Counted from the first letter of the stretch, positions 12,654-25,703 are shown. The stretch is DNA of 64,000 bases from Octopus bimaculoides (GCF_001194135.2 NC_068992.1:269357-333356), one strand, 5' to 3'. The notes: generated by a model from the letters alone, not told the origin. Numbers and translations: made by a program.

Positions 12654-14379
12654 CAGGCTTCTTTCAGTTTCCGTCTACCCAATCCACTCACAAGGCTATG
12701 GCCGGCCTGAGGCTATAGTAGAAGATACTTGCCCATGTGTCTTCTGCTATAGTCATGGATTAGGTAGATGGAAACTGAAAGAAACTCATTGTATACTATC
12801 ATGTTATTTTTAAATAATTTCATGCATCTTTCAACTTCACTCCCAGAAGTGTTTACCTGTGTCTTAGATACCTTTGTGTCTCTCCAAAACAGAACCCTAA
12901 CCACTGCAGTAGCTGTTTAGCCCTCAGTCAATCTTGATCAAGCTGACCCATAACCAAAGATGTGTCAGTAGTGATTATTTCATATTTTTCTGTAACTTTG
13001 GCTGCTCCATTGTCCAAGATGGTGTGATGCTAATGAGGTTTGCCAGTTCACTGGTTTCAAACACAGTTTTTAGTGCAAAATAGCAGCCTTCCAACCCCAA
13101 AACAAATAGATTTTGAGGATGTGTGTTTATATGTGTGCCTCTGAGTGTGTGTGTCTGTACAATCATGCATGCTTCTGTGTGCGTGCGTGCGTGCGTGTGT
13201 GTGTGTGTGTGTGTATTACTCAGATCAAGACTGAAGACTCAAAATATTATGCTTTGTAGCACAGCTTAGCTTAACTTTGTCTAACAACTGACAGCTTTGA
13301 AGAGAGCTTCTTCCCGGATCCTCATGATGTTTCCATTATAGATGTTAATGATGATATGATAGTGAGGGTGGGAGTGGGGTGACAATGATGATTATGTTGA
13401 TGATGATAACGATGATGATGATGATGATAGTGGTAGTGGTGGTGGTGGTGGTGGTGATAATGATGACGACGATGATGGGGATAATGATGATGATGACAAT
13501 GACGACAATGGTGATGAAGATGATGATGGTGTGGATGACAGTGATGATGATGAGGAGGAAGTAAAGTAGGAAGATGATGATGATCATGATGATGATGAGG
13601 AGGAGGAGGAAGAGGAGAAGGGCTATATAATAATCATCATTATAATCCTGATGCAAATGATTATCCTAATGCTCACCCCCACCACCATCATTACTACCAG
13701 TGCCATCACTATCGTCATCATCCCCCCCCCACCACCACCACAAGCATCATCATCATCACTGCCATTACTGGTTTATCATCTGATGAAAAGCTTTCCTTCT
13801 TTTTTGCTCCTAACTCAGAACTGCTTCCTGTCAGTAGCTACACCATCAATTCTACAATTCTATAATCCCACAATTCTTTGCAAGCTTTCACTATCAACGA
13901 ACCGTTGGATTTCCTGTTCTATTTCAGACGTTTTCTTTTCTTTAGTAAATATCGCAGCTCAACTAGATTAGAGTTTCATGTTTTCTTCTTTCAGTTTCTT
14001 TGTTTTAAATGTATTTTGGAAGTGGGTCTCATACATTTTTCTAATCATCTTGTGTGTGTATGTGTGTGAGTATATACATATACTTACTTACACATACACA
14101 CACACATGTGTGTGTATGTAAACACACACACATATATATAAATATATACAGAGAGAGAGACAGACAGACAGATAGACAGAAGGGGAGAGAGGTGTGAGAG
14201 AGGGTGAGAGATAGGGGTGAGTGAGAGAGGGGGAAGAAGGAAAGAGGGGGATTTATATATACAATGATACATATATACAAGGTGAGGATAGTATTTGAGG
14301 ACACATGCATTTTTAGTCATTATTTTATTTGACTAATTTTTATTGAACTTCAGTTTCAGAAAATAACAATGACAGACCC

Positions 14380-14935
14380 TATGCTTATTAATCAAATGAA
14401 AATGCAGGCTGGGATTGTGGCTTTGAAGGCTAAGCTTGGGGATTTAGAAATTTCTCGTTTTCTGAAAGTTGCAAGATCTTTTGTCCACAAGATTTGGTGT
14501 GAGTTAGAGAAAGAAGATGGAAGTGTATTACCTGTATCACAACGTAAAAAGCATTCCGAACGCTCTGATTCTATTAGGACACCTGAATTTATTCAGGAAG
14601 TTAAGCCAAACATTGGAGACAGTCCAGGAAAATCAATGAGGTTTATTGCAAAAACATTTTGTGTGTCAGAAAAAAAACAATCAAAAATGTTGTGTATGAA
14701 GACATCAGATACAAATCTTACGTGATGAGGAGAGGTGAATTCATGTTAGAAAAAAAAGAAAACTGTTTAATCAGATCGAAAAGACTTTTGAACAAACTTA
14801 AAAATCCATCAGAAGATTGAGTGATTTGGTTTTTCTCAGATGAGAAAAGCTTTGACCAGGACCAGAAAATTTACAGAAGAAATGACAGACCCTTCTGAGG
14901 TTCCAAGAGTAATGCACACAAGTTTCCTGCAAGTG
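14380..14935 (+). mobile_element. Tc1/mariner transposase relic (maT/DD37D-like)
   Basis: Paired-type HTH region (EISRFLKVARSFVHKI...SIRTPEFIQEVK...PGKSMRFIAK), then after frameshifts IWFFSDEKSFDQDQKIYRRNDR, the first catalytic Asp motif. Confidence 0.85.
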
Positions 14936-14984
14936 AAAAATTTTCACAAGATCTGGTATTTAGCATTTTGATGTATGCGTTATT

Positions 14985-15320
14985 ATCATCATTTGATGTC
15001 TATTTTCCAAGCTGGTACGGCTTGGATGGTTTGACAAGAGCTGCCAATTCAGAGAGCTGCACCAGATTCCAATTGTCTGTTTTGGCATGGTTTCTAAGGC
15101 CAGATGCCCTTTCTAATGCCAAACACTTTGCAGAGCGTACTGGGTGCTTTTTATGCAGCACAAGCATGGGGTCTTTTTATGTGGCACCAGTATTGGGTCT
15201 TTTTATGTGGCACCAGTATTGGGTCTTTTTATGTGGCACAAGCGTGGGGTCTTTTTATGTGACACCAGCTCTGGTGCTTTTTAAAAGGTGCCAGCACTGG
15301 TGCTTTTTATGCAGTACCAG
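14985..15320 (-). mobile_element. SINE family B with expanded internal 26-bp tandem repeat
   Basis: Reverse complement of the family B tail at 14985-15140; about 7 units of GGGTCTTTTTATGTGGCACCAGTATT at 15141-15320. Confidence 0.85.
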
Positions 15321-17129
15321 CAGAATTCAGTAACTTGCCCAACTACACAACAAAATACTACAGTGGATTTAAGTTCTATATATATCTGTGCTGGCAATGC
15401 AGAAAGATAAACAGCTCTTTCAGAAGATCTAATAGAAGATTCTTGTCTCTAATTGGTTCTTTCCATTCCTCACATTTTCAGAAAGCAGGGATTAATTCTG
15501 GAGTATTTTATGTTTGAAAGATAGGTAATAAATAGAATGTCAGCCATCAGAAATAATATTTCTACAGATGATAGAATGCCAGCCTATCAGAAATAACATT
15601 TCTATAAAGGCCTGGCACCTATTTCCAACAGTTAAAGGAAGTGAAGCACATAAAATTCAATATTTTCCCCAGAAACACAACTTGATGTCTGCAGTAAATA
15701 TAAACTCACAGCCAGCAACAGGATAATCAAATATTACTAATCAACTCTCACTTATATCTTCGACCATATCTTCATATTTAGATTATATTGAAGTAGATTT
15801 CAAGGTTGCTATGAAGTATCTGGAGCACAAGAATAGACATGTGGATTAAAAAGTTTGCTTTCCCATTCATACAATTTCTGAGTTCAATTCCGCTGTGTAT
15901 CAACTTGAACAAATGTCTTTTACCATAACCTTAAGTTGGCTTTGTGTATGCAGGTATTTTGAAAATAGCTCTCAGAGTGATGACTGTGCCCTGCATAGTT
16001 ATGGGCTGCCCTTTGGTAAGGGCATAACATCCATTTAGCCCCACTGCCAGGAATATGGTGACGTCATGGGACTGCAGCATGGCAGATTGTGAAGAGGCAG
16101 CAGAAGAGTTCAACTGATGCTGAGTGGAGAAATCCTACAAGATCAATGGCCAGGATCACCAAGTTTTATCAAGAGAGTGTATAACTGCAGCACATCCATA
16201 GGGGTGGTGCCCATGATTGTGTAATCAGTTAATGAAAGATTCACCATGACACAAGTTTCCAATTCAAATTCATAATAACGGAATTGGATGGTGACAGAGA
16301 TTCATGGGAATCCGCAAAAGTAGTGAAAAAGAAGTGTTGACCAAAGCTTCATTGCTGAAATTGGATTGACAAAATCTGAGTAAATGTCCATCTGATTGAC
16401 CATATCTGTTCTTGGCTCAGTTTGTTGTCCCGTTTAAGACTGCTGCCTGGCCTCTAGGTGTGTTCTGGCTGTTCACTTTGTTGCTTGGATTTGATCTTGG
16501 TCTTTAGTCAGAAGATAACTTGATACCATTTTGTGCTGCTGCCTACTGCAGCAACCCATAACTTGTATTTTCTTCTTCTCTTCTCTTCTCACTAGACTTA
16601 GGAGCACTGCAAAGAGATGATCGACCTGTTCTTCATCCTTTGACTATGCTGTCAGTAGAAAATACATTATAATGGATGATTCTTAACAGTTTTGATGATG
16701 AGAATTCAGTTGTATGCTCAACTGGATTTGTACATATGAAGTTGACTTGTAAGTAAGTGGCTAAGCCTTCCACTGAGATATGTACCCTTAATGTAATTAT
16801 CAGGTTGAATTAACACATTGCCATGTAATTAAGCTGGAACTTAGAATTATCAGAGAGAGAGAAGAACCAAAACCATTTAATGGAACTTTATTTGTAAACC
16901 CATGAAAGGATGAGAGGCAAAGTTGAATTCAACAAGATTTGAATACAAAATGTTAAAAGTTGGAACAAATATTATAAGTATTTTATCTGATCTTCTAAGG
17001 GCTCCGCCAATTCACTACCTTAGAAAGGGTCAGATATTTAAGGTAAATCCTAGAACTCAATGAGTTATGAAAACAATGTGAAGCTTAATGAAACTTGTTT
17101 TTCCTTCCCCAAAATGTCCCTACATTTTT

Positions 17130-17355
17130 TATTTCTTTATTGCTCACAGGGGGCTAAACATAGAGGGGACAAACGAGGACAGACAAGGGGATTAAGTCGA
17201 TGACATTGACCCCAGTGTGTAACTGGTACTTATTTAATCAACCCCGAAAGGATGAAAAGCAAAGTTGACCTCAGCAGAATTTGAACTCAGAACGTAATGG
17301 CAGACAAAATACTGCTAAGCATTTTGCCCAGCCTGCTAACGTTTCTGCCAGCTCC
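17130..17355 (-). mobile_element. SINE family A head and body with a Tx1-like 3' tail
   Basis: Family A body at 17190-17355; tail TTTGTCCCCTCTATGTTTAGCCCCCTGTGAGCAATAAAG resembles the LINE ends at 23165 and 34370. Confidence 0.75.
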
Positions 17356-17699
17356 CCAACATTAAAAATTGAACATTGTACTCTAAGCTAACATAGTCCC
17401 AAAAGCTACCCCAGCCCTGTAAAAATTAACTTAGCACATGTTAATCATGCAATGTCTCACTAGCAAGTCGTAGAAAGTCATTTCTATTTGGTGGTGTTGA
17501 TTTATAATAAAGTGAAGGACAACCTCAAGGTGTTGAACCTTTCAGATGAGATACTCAGCCCATTGTTGTACTCAAGAAGACCTGTCCTTCACAGCAGAAA
17601 TTTTAAGGCCACTCACCCTGGTGAAGAGGATTGGCCACCTGCAAAGTAGTGTGCCAGTGCTGTATAAAAAGCACTCATGCGACTGTCACATAAAGGCAC

Positions 17700-17902
17700 T
17701 CATGTCAGTGCGACATTAGAAGCACCCAGAACACACTCTCAAGTAGTTGGTGCTAGGAAGGGCATCTGGTCATAGAAACCAAGCCAAATCGGACTGGAAC
17801 CTGGTGCAGCTCCCCGGTTTACCAGCTCTGGTCAAACTGTCTGACCCATGCCAGCATGGAAGACAGATGTTAAAGTACGATGATGATGATGATGATGATG
17901 AT
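17700..17902 (+). mobile_element. SINE family B 3' part
   Basis: TAGGAAGGGCATCTGG...CCATGCCAGCATGGAAG plus (GAT)n. Confidence 0.85.
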
Positions 17903-18279
17903 GAAGTGAGCAGTTTGAGAGGGAATTAGCCAAAAGCATAATGTGGTGATGAATATGAATTTAAACCACTGGTTTCCATAGCTAGTTGTCTGGCACCAAA
18001 CAGACTCAGTCATCCATGCTATCAATGTTATGAATGTGTGGGGGTGAGCAATGTCATTTAGTAGTTGATGTAGTAGTATGCATTAAATACTGTATAATAT
18101 ATACATATATACTTACATACATACATACATCTACACACACACACGCACATATATATATACACACACACAGACATATATAGTTGTAGGAAACTGTCAAGAG
18201 AGCTGAACAGCAGAAGGTGGTGGTGGTGGTGGGAATAGTAGTAGTTGTATTTGTTGTTGTAGTTAGATAATCAGCAGTT

Positions 18280-18520
18280 AAGATATCAATACTGATATTC
18301 AGAATATCAGTATTAAGAATGTCAACATTGAGGATATCGACATTCTAGATATCCACATTTTCTTTATTGACGTTTAGGATATTGATATTTTGGATGTAGA
18401 TATTCAAACGATCAGCATTCAATTCATCGACATCCTGTTTATCAACATTCAGGAGGTTCTTCATATTTAGCTGCCAACATCCAGCTCCGGCCTGTCCATA
18501 TTGGATATCAACATTTAACA
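18280..18520. repeat. Degenerate ~15-bp minisatellite (GATATCGACATTCNN-like)
   Basis: Recurring GATATC/GACATT/AACATT units at ~15-bp spacing. Confidence 0.6.
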
Positions 18521-20459
18521 TTGATGAAATACGTTACATAAGCACAAGGTCTCGTTTTTGAAACGAGATACAGAATGCAGGACATCCAGCTTTTTTCTCA
18601 ACTGTACTTATATTAAGAATGAAATAAAATACTTATGGCTGAGACTTGCAAACTATACTGTAAGCTCAGCTTCTTGAGAAATTACATCAACTCATCATAT
18701 GTGTGTGCCACAAGTTATGATAATAGTCTTGGTTTCTCTATGAACTTTGTGAAATACTGATGTATGGTGAAGTGTCAGTGAAGGTGTGGGAAAATGGTTG
18801 ATAAGTTCACTTTGTAACCATGTAGTTTCTGCTTCCATCCTATATGTGGCCTGATTAATACCTCTTGGCCAATACCTTTTATCCAACTTTGGCCAGACCA
18901 AAGTAAAAGTCGGTAGAGAGAAAGTGTATAGACGTTAAATAAACAGAGATCTAGGAAATAAGTAATGATCTGCAATAAATATTGGATACAATGTGATTGG
19001 CTGAAAACCTTAAAGGCAATTCCTAAGTCTGACCAAAGTTCAATAAGTGAGAACAGTAAAAGGATAAAAGGATATTAAATCAAATATGTTTCTAAAAGAA
19101 TAAAAAAAAAGGGATATGAAACTAAATGACAATTGTGTTTAGAATATAACAAATAAAAGTAAACATTGGTGAGTTATATTTAACGTAATTAGAAAGCAGA
19201 AGTGAGAACTGCAATTAGAAAATTGCCATAAAATCATAACTGTATCATTAAAGAAATAAAAAAGTGGGAAAATTTACAAGGTTATTATGAATAACTTGGG
19301 AAAACATGAAATGTAAGGGAGAAATTTACAAAAAGGAATGATACGAGATAGAAAGTGAAAGTAGAGATAGAGGGAGAAATATTTGATTATTTGAAATTAT
19401 CTATAAATAGGAAACCAACTGTAAGTGGAGACTGTAAGGGGAAGATTGTTAAAGAATAATTGACTGCTTCTCTACAAAATAAACTTTGCCAATATAAACA
19501 CTGATATCATTAACATAATTATTAACTGGCAAGCGATAGTTGTCAAATCTCCCTCAAGGAATATCCTACAAAATCCCCATAAACAGACAGATACATTAGA
19601 GGATTCAATTCTAGACAAAATGTCAGAAAATATCAAAGGTAGTAGTCATGGCTGGGTTGCTTTTGATCATAGATTTATAGGAGTAGATTTATAGGAGTGG
19701 AGCTGAGCCGAGACTAAACAGCAACAACATTGTAAAAATAATCATGATGACAATTATGATGATGATGATGATTTTCATTTATTTGCAGCCAGTGCAACAA
19801 ATGGAGGACAATCACAAGGAAATGCAGGAAATGCAAGAAATGTGGGGATTTAAATTGATAAATGGGAAAAGAAAAAGGAAAAATATATGAAATATAAGCC
19901 CCAAACAGTGAAGTTTAGTTCAGTTGGAAAATGACATCAATCCACTCAGAACTGAGTAGCTCAAACCTGTTCCTGTCTATCAAAGAACCAAATGGGGTTT
20001 TGTTATCCATTGCGTCTCCACCAATCCAGCCCATTAGATAGCTTTTATTGCCTCGTGTTTTAGCTCTGACAACATAACCATCATTATCAAGGGCTGTTCT
20101 TACTGTTAGCATGTTAACTGTGATACTTTTACTAATTGCTTCTTCTAGATTGCTAACTTGCTCCCCATCTAATTTGTCTCTCTGTATTGTTAGACTTTTG
20201 CTAAGTTTCTTTGATCCCAATCTAATCCCTCCGCCACTGGTTGTTGACAATTACCTCCATCAGTTGCTGCTTAAGCATTTGGTAATCAGTACCCTATAGT
20301 TGTTGCATGCAAGTAAAGAATTTTAACTTCCAGTAACCAGAATCCTCTCTATGGGTCCTATCTAAGTTGACCAAGATCACAAGATCATAAAATTTGTGGT
20401 TTGTGATGCTGTCAAGTTTGAACAATGGCCACCTTAATACAGTTCTATATTTAAGGCAT

Positions 20460-20620
20460 GAGGAATTATTTACATTATTTACATTATTTACATTTGATGG
20501 ATATTTGTCTTCATCTAGTTTGTTGTTAACACGTTTCAGCTGATATACCCCCAAGCCTACATCAGGTGTCTTAGGGAAATTTCAAACCTGGGTTCTCATT
20601 CCTAAGCTATTTTCTGTTGT
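20460..20620 (-). mobile_element. Repeat family D copy 3
   Basis: Reverse complement: CTTAGGAATGAGAACCCAGG...AAGACACCTGATGTAGGCTTGGGGGTATATCAGCTGAAACGTGTTAACAAC. Confidence 0.85.
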
Positions 20621-20632
20621 TGTTGTTGTTAC

Positions 20633-20728
<96 letters not shown>

Positions 20729-21640
20729 GTATGTATATGTTTGTGTTTGTTCCCACCACCTGCTTGATAAGTGGTGATAGTTTGTTTACATTCTCATAAC
20801 TTAACAGTTCAGCAAAGACTAATAAAATAAGTCCCAGAGTTTGAAATAATTACTGGGGCTCAATTGTTCAACTATAAAGCAGTGCCCCAGCATGGCCACA
20901 TTCAAAACATGTAAAAGATTAAAAGACATTGGAGGAAATACAAACTTGCCAAATATTCTTTTCTACTCTGTTTCTTACAATTATAGTATACTTAGGATAA
21001 TAACAGTACAATGTGTTGTATCCATGGACATTGAGTAGATCATAGTTCATGTATTCATTTCATCAGGTTGGATCCACCTGTTGTCTATGAATATGTGGAT
21101 TGTACTGTAATCATCACAGGAATATGGACTATGATCATAAGAAACACGTGATTTGTGGAAACGTTCATAGCAATGCATTGAAATATTTATAAATTTCATC
21201 CATAGATTATTATTATTATTATTACTATATATATAGATATATATTCAAACACACATACATATATACATATATTTACATATCTACATATATTTACACATCT
21301 ATATATTATTTTTGTATTTAGTTCACAAGATTCTTAACATGAACGTCTACGATTTTGTATCTTGGGAAGGTCATTATGTTTATCATTAGCATAATGCTAA
21401 TTATAAACAAGCGCACATTATTGAATTAATGGTACTCCTGAGATGCATACATTCATACATACATATATAATGTGTATACAAACATACATATATATATTTG
21501 TGTGCATATATAATGTGTACATATACATACGTGTGCATGTGTGTGTGTGTACATACATACACCATGCACATTATGTACCTCTCATGAGGTACATACACAT
21601 ATATACAAATAATCATATTTGTAAATGCACAAACTCATAA

Positions 21641-21672
<32 letters not shown>

Positions 21673-21949
21673 ATAAATATATAATGTATAAAGTTGTTTA
21701 TAAATACATATATGTATTATACATTCATACACACATGTGCATATATTTAGACTAACATACATTTTTGAAATATATATATGTACACATATGTTCCAATAAA
21801 CACACACATACACACATGCACAGATCACAGTGAAGATCTATGAAGACAAGTGAAGTAGATATGTTACTAGTCGTCAGTAATTCCATGGAACCAGAAGCAC
21901 ATGTCCAGAACAAACTAACAAACTGAATTTTCTGTGACTTTAATAATCC

Positions 21950-22165
21950 TTTCTACTATAGGCACAAGGCCTGCATTGTTGGGGGAGGAGACTGGTCGAT
22001 TATATCGATCCCAGTGTACTTAATTTATTGACCCTGACCGGTACTTAATTTATTAATCCCGAGAGGATGAAAGATAGAGTTGACCTCAGTGGAATTTGGA
22101 ACTCAGAACATAAAAACAGATGAAGTTCCTCTCAGCATTTTGCCTGGCACACTAATGATTCTGCC
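21950..22165 (-). mobile_element. SINE family A
   Basis: GGCACAAGGCCTG...GGATGAAAG...GAATTTGGAACTCAGAAC...CTGCCAGCT. Similar copies at 2503-2630, 22615-22800, 22930-23145 and 23626-23740. Confidence 0.85.
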
Positions 22166-22203
22166 AGCTTTGCCGCCTTTGAGTGACTTTATTAATAATA
22201 ATG

Positions 22204-22237
<34 letters not shown>

Positions 22238-22239
22238 TA

Positions 22240-22578
22240 TCATCATGAAAGAAAGAAAAAAAGTTGATAAATACGGAGGCCTGAGAATTGAGATTGCCAA
22301 GATGTGGCAACTACAAGAGTTGAACATAAAAGTTATCCCTATTGTCATTGGAGCATTGGATTCAACACTACCCAATCTGAAAAGATATCTGCAAATCTTA
22401 GAGATACCCTACAATCTAGATGTATTGCAAAAGTCATCATTACTTGGAACTGCAAGCATATTGCGTAAAGTACTGTCTGTCTGAGGTCCTTGTTGTGACT
22501 TGACAAACAGTACAAATCCCCCACTAGATACAATATCTTCAGTCAACAACCCCACAATACTATATACTGTGCAACATC

Positions 22579-22614
<36 letters not shown>

Positions 22615-22615
22615 T
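22240..22615 (+). mobile_element. RLE-type non-LTR retrotransposon 3' end (R4/Dong-like), flanked by (AAT)n
   Basis: KERKKVDKYGGLRIEIAKMWQL...VIPIVIGALDS...LQKSSLLGTASILRKVLSV* is the C-terminus of restriction-like endonuclease LINEs; a short 3' UTR ends in (AAT)n. Confidence 0.85.
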
Positions 22616-22821
22616 TTGGCACAAGGCCAGCAAGTTTAGGGGTTGGAGTAAGTCGATTACATTGACCCCAGGGCTCAGCTGGTACTTATTTCAATGACCC
22701 TGAAAGGATGAAAGGCACAGTCCACCTTGGCAGAATTTTAACTCAGATGCACTGCTAACAACTACTTTACCCAGTGTGCTAACGATTCTGCCGGCTCATC
22801 ATCTTAATAATAACAATAATG

Positions 22822-22867
<46 letters not shown>

Positions 22868-23164
22868 TAATAACAACAATAATAATTATAATAATGATAA
22901 TAATAATAATAATGATAATAATAATAATCCTTTGTACTATATGCGCAGGGCTGGAAATTTTGTGGGAGAGGACTTGTCAATTGCATTGACCGCAGTGTTT
23001 CACTGGTAATTAATTTATCAACCCCTGAAAGGATGAAAGGCAAAGTTGACCTCAGTGGAAATTGAACTCAGAACATAGTGGCAGATGAAATACCGCTAAG
23101 CATTTTGCCCAGCTTGCTAACGATTCTGCCAGCTCACTGCCTTAATGATGATAATAATAATAAC

Positions 23165-23565
23165 AATAATAATAATAATAATAATTTCGTTTATTTGCCA
23201 CAAGGACAAAGGATGAAGGGGACAATACAAAGACAGACATAAAGTGTGGGAGTTTACATATGATGGAAAAGAAGGGACATACACTGGAAAAAAAAGGATA
23301 AATACATAACATACAAAGGTTCAAAAAACAAAGTGGGAATGATAGAGATGTAGACCTCCTGATACAGGAGGATCTCTAGGGATAATTGAGGAACCCCACT
23401 GTCTGAGAATTCCCTGACCACCAAGAGAAAGTGCCCTCTCCAGTTCCTTCCCTCCGACTCACAGGTCTACACTCAGAGAGGCACCATCCGCTCTGGCCAT
23501 TTTTGCAACTTTCACCCACCTTTCAATAAATTCACTTGAGGACAGCACTTCCCTCCCCATGCATG
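23165..23565 (-). mobile_element. Tx1/L1-like LINE 3' end
   Basis: REVLSSSEFIERWVKVAKMARADGASLSVDL*, then a 3' UTR ending TTGTCCCCTTC...GGCAAATAAAC(ATT)n; similar to 34370-34986. Confidence 0.65.
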
Positions 23566-23593
23566 TAATAATAATAATAATAATAATAATAAT

Positions 23594-23627
<34 letters not shown>

Positions 23628-23753
23628 GTTTCAAATTTTGCCACAAGGCCAGCAATTTCGAGGTAGTGGGTGAGTCAGTTACATTGAACTCGGTGTTCAA
23701 CTGGAACTTATTTTATCAACCCCGAAATGATTAAAAGGCAAAGAATTTGGGTA

Positions 23754-23926
23754 TTAACCCTTTCTTTACCAGCCTGGCTGAAACTGCCTCTGGCTCTGTA
23801 GTACAAATGTCTTGTTTTCATAAGTTTTGAATTAAAATCTTCCACCAAACCTGAGTCACAATTTATGTTCCTAACACAAGCTTAATGATAGCTAAGTTAT
23901 TTTACTAAATTCTTTGTTATATTTAA
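23754..23926. mobile_element. piggyBac-like MITE, right end missing
   Basis: TTAACCCTTT start; body nearly identical to 11943-12171. Confidence 0.8.
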
Positions 23927-24053
23927 CTGGTTTTCTTCAAGTCTTAGCTTGTTTTAAAACTTCTTGGGTATACATATAGAATTTATAATGTTCATTTTCT
24001 TTTTCTTTGTGTGTATGTAAGTATGTACATGCACACACACACACATTTATGTT

Positions 24054-24089
<36 letters not shown>

Positions 24090-24636
24090 TCTGTATGTGT
24101 ATGTATATGTAAAAATACAGACTGGATGTAACTTTGAAGTTTCACCAAGAACTGCTTTCCGTACTCTCTGACAAGCAATTCCCAGTGAGACTTCGAAGTG
24201 ACAGTCATTCTCTATATTTGAGTAAATAAGGTTTGTAAAGGTTCCCTATCTGTAATCAATTCATGTTTTAATGAATATTATCAGCTACTTTTAATTAGCT
24301 TCAAAAACAATTTCTAATATACTTAAAAACACATACACACTCACTCATACACACACACATGCATACACATACATGCACACACACATACATACACACAAAT
24401 ATGAGTGTGTGTGTGTGTGTGTGTTGTGGGTCTTTGTTTTTATATGTTCTAAGATTATACGTACAGAAAAACGTGTGTACATATATATATAATATATATA
24501 GATGTGTGTGTGTGTATGTTTTTCAGAGAGAGAGAGAAAGAGTGAATTAAAGAGAGAGAGAGGCAGGGAACGAGAAACAATTAAACAGATAGACAGATAG
24601 ATAGATAAAGAGATAACAGCAGACAGGCAGACAAAC

Positions 24637-24689
<53 letters not shown>

Positions 24690-25645
24690 AATAGGTATGT
24701 ANNNNNNNNNNNNNNNNNNNNNNNNNNNNNNNNNNNNNNNNNNNNNNNNNNNNNNNNNNNNNNNNNNNNNNNNNNNNNNNNNNNNNNNNNNNNNNNNNNN
24801 NNNNNNNNNNNNNNNNNNNNNNNNNNNNNNNNNNNNNNNNNNNNNNNNNNNNNNNNNNNNNNNNNNNNNNNNNNNNNNNNNNNNNNNNNNNNNNNNNNNN
24901 NNNNNNNNNNNNNNNNNNNNNNNNNNNNNNNNNNNNNNNNNNNNNNNNNNNNNNNNNNNNNNNNNNNNNNNNNNNNNNNNNNNNNNNNNNNNNNNNNNNN
25001 NNNNNNNNNNNNNNNNNNNNNNNNNNNNNNNNNNNNNNNNNNNNNNNNNGCTATGAGTCTTTGTGTGTGTGTGTTGTTGTTGCTGTAGTTGTGTATGTGT
25101 GCATTTGTTTGTGTGTGTAGTTATGTGTGTCTGTGTTTCAGTGTATGTTGCTGTATATATGTACATATGCATGTGTGTGTGTGTCTATATGTCACTGTAA
25201 TATGTGCATTTGTATGTGAGCATGTGTGAGTGTGTGTCTGTGTGTGTCAGTGTATGTTGCTGTATATATGTACATTTGCATGTGTGTGTGTGTGAGTGCT
25301 GTTGTTGTTGTGCATGTGTGCATTTGTTTGTGTGTGTAGTTGTGTGTGTGTGTGTCTATATGTTGTTGTATATATGTGCATTTCTATGTATGTGTAATTG
25401 CATGCATATAAGCGTGTGTGGGTGTGTGTGTGTCTGTGTATGTTGTTGTATATATGTACATTTGCACGCGCACGTGTGTGGGTGTATGTGTGCATGTGTG
25501 TGCATATACACATAGCTGTCTATACATGTGTGTAGCTGTATATGTATGCAGTTGTTTACGTGTGTGTGTAATTGTGTATGTGTCTTACTGTGTATGGATG
25601 TGTGCATGAATGTGAATGAGTGTGTATGTGTGTGTCTATGTATAT

Positions 25646-25693
<48 letters not shown>

Positions 25694-25703
25694 NNNNNNN
25701 NNN

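Noticed and set aside
15931-16560. Decayed LINE reverse transcriptase (SHDVTIFL resembling ADDVTIF)
   Set aside because: Motif match too weak to support without alignment.
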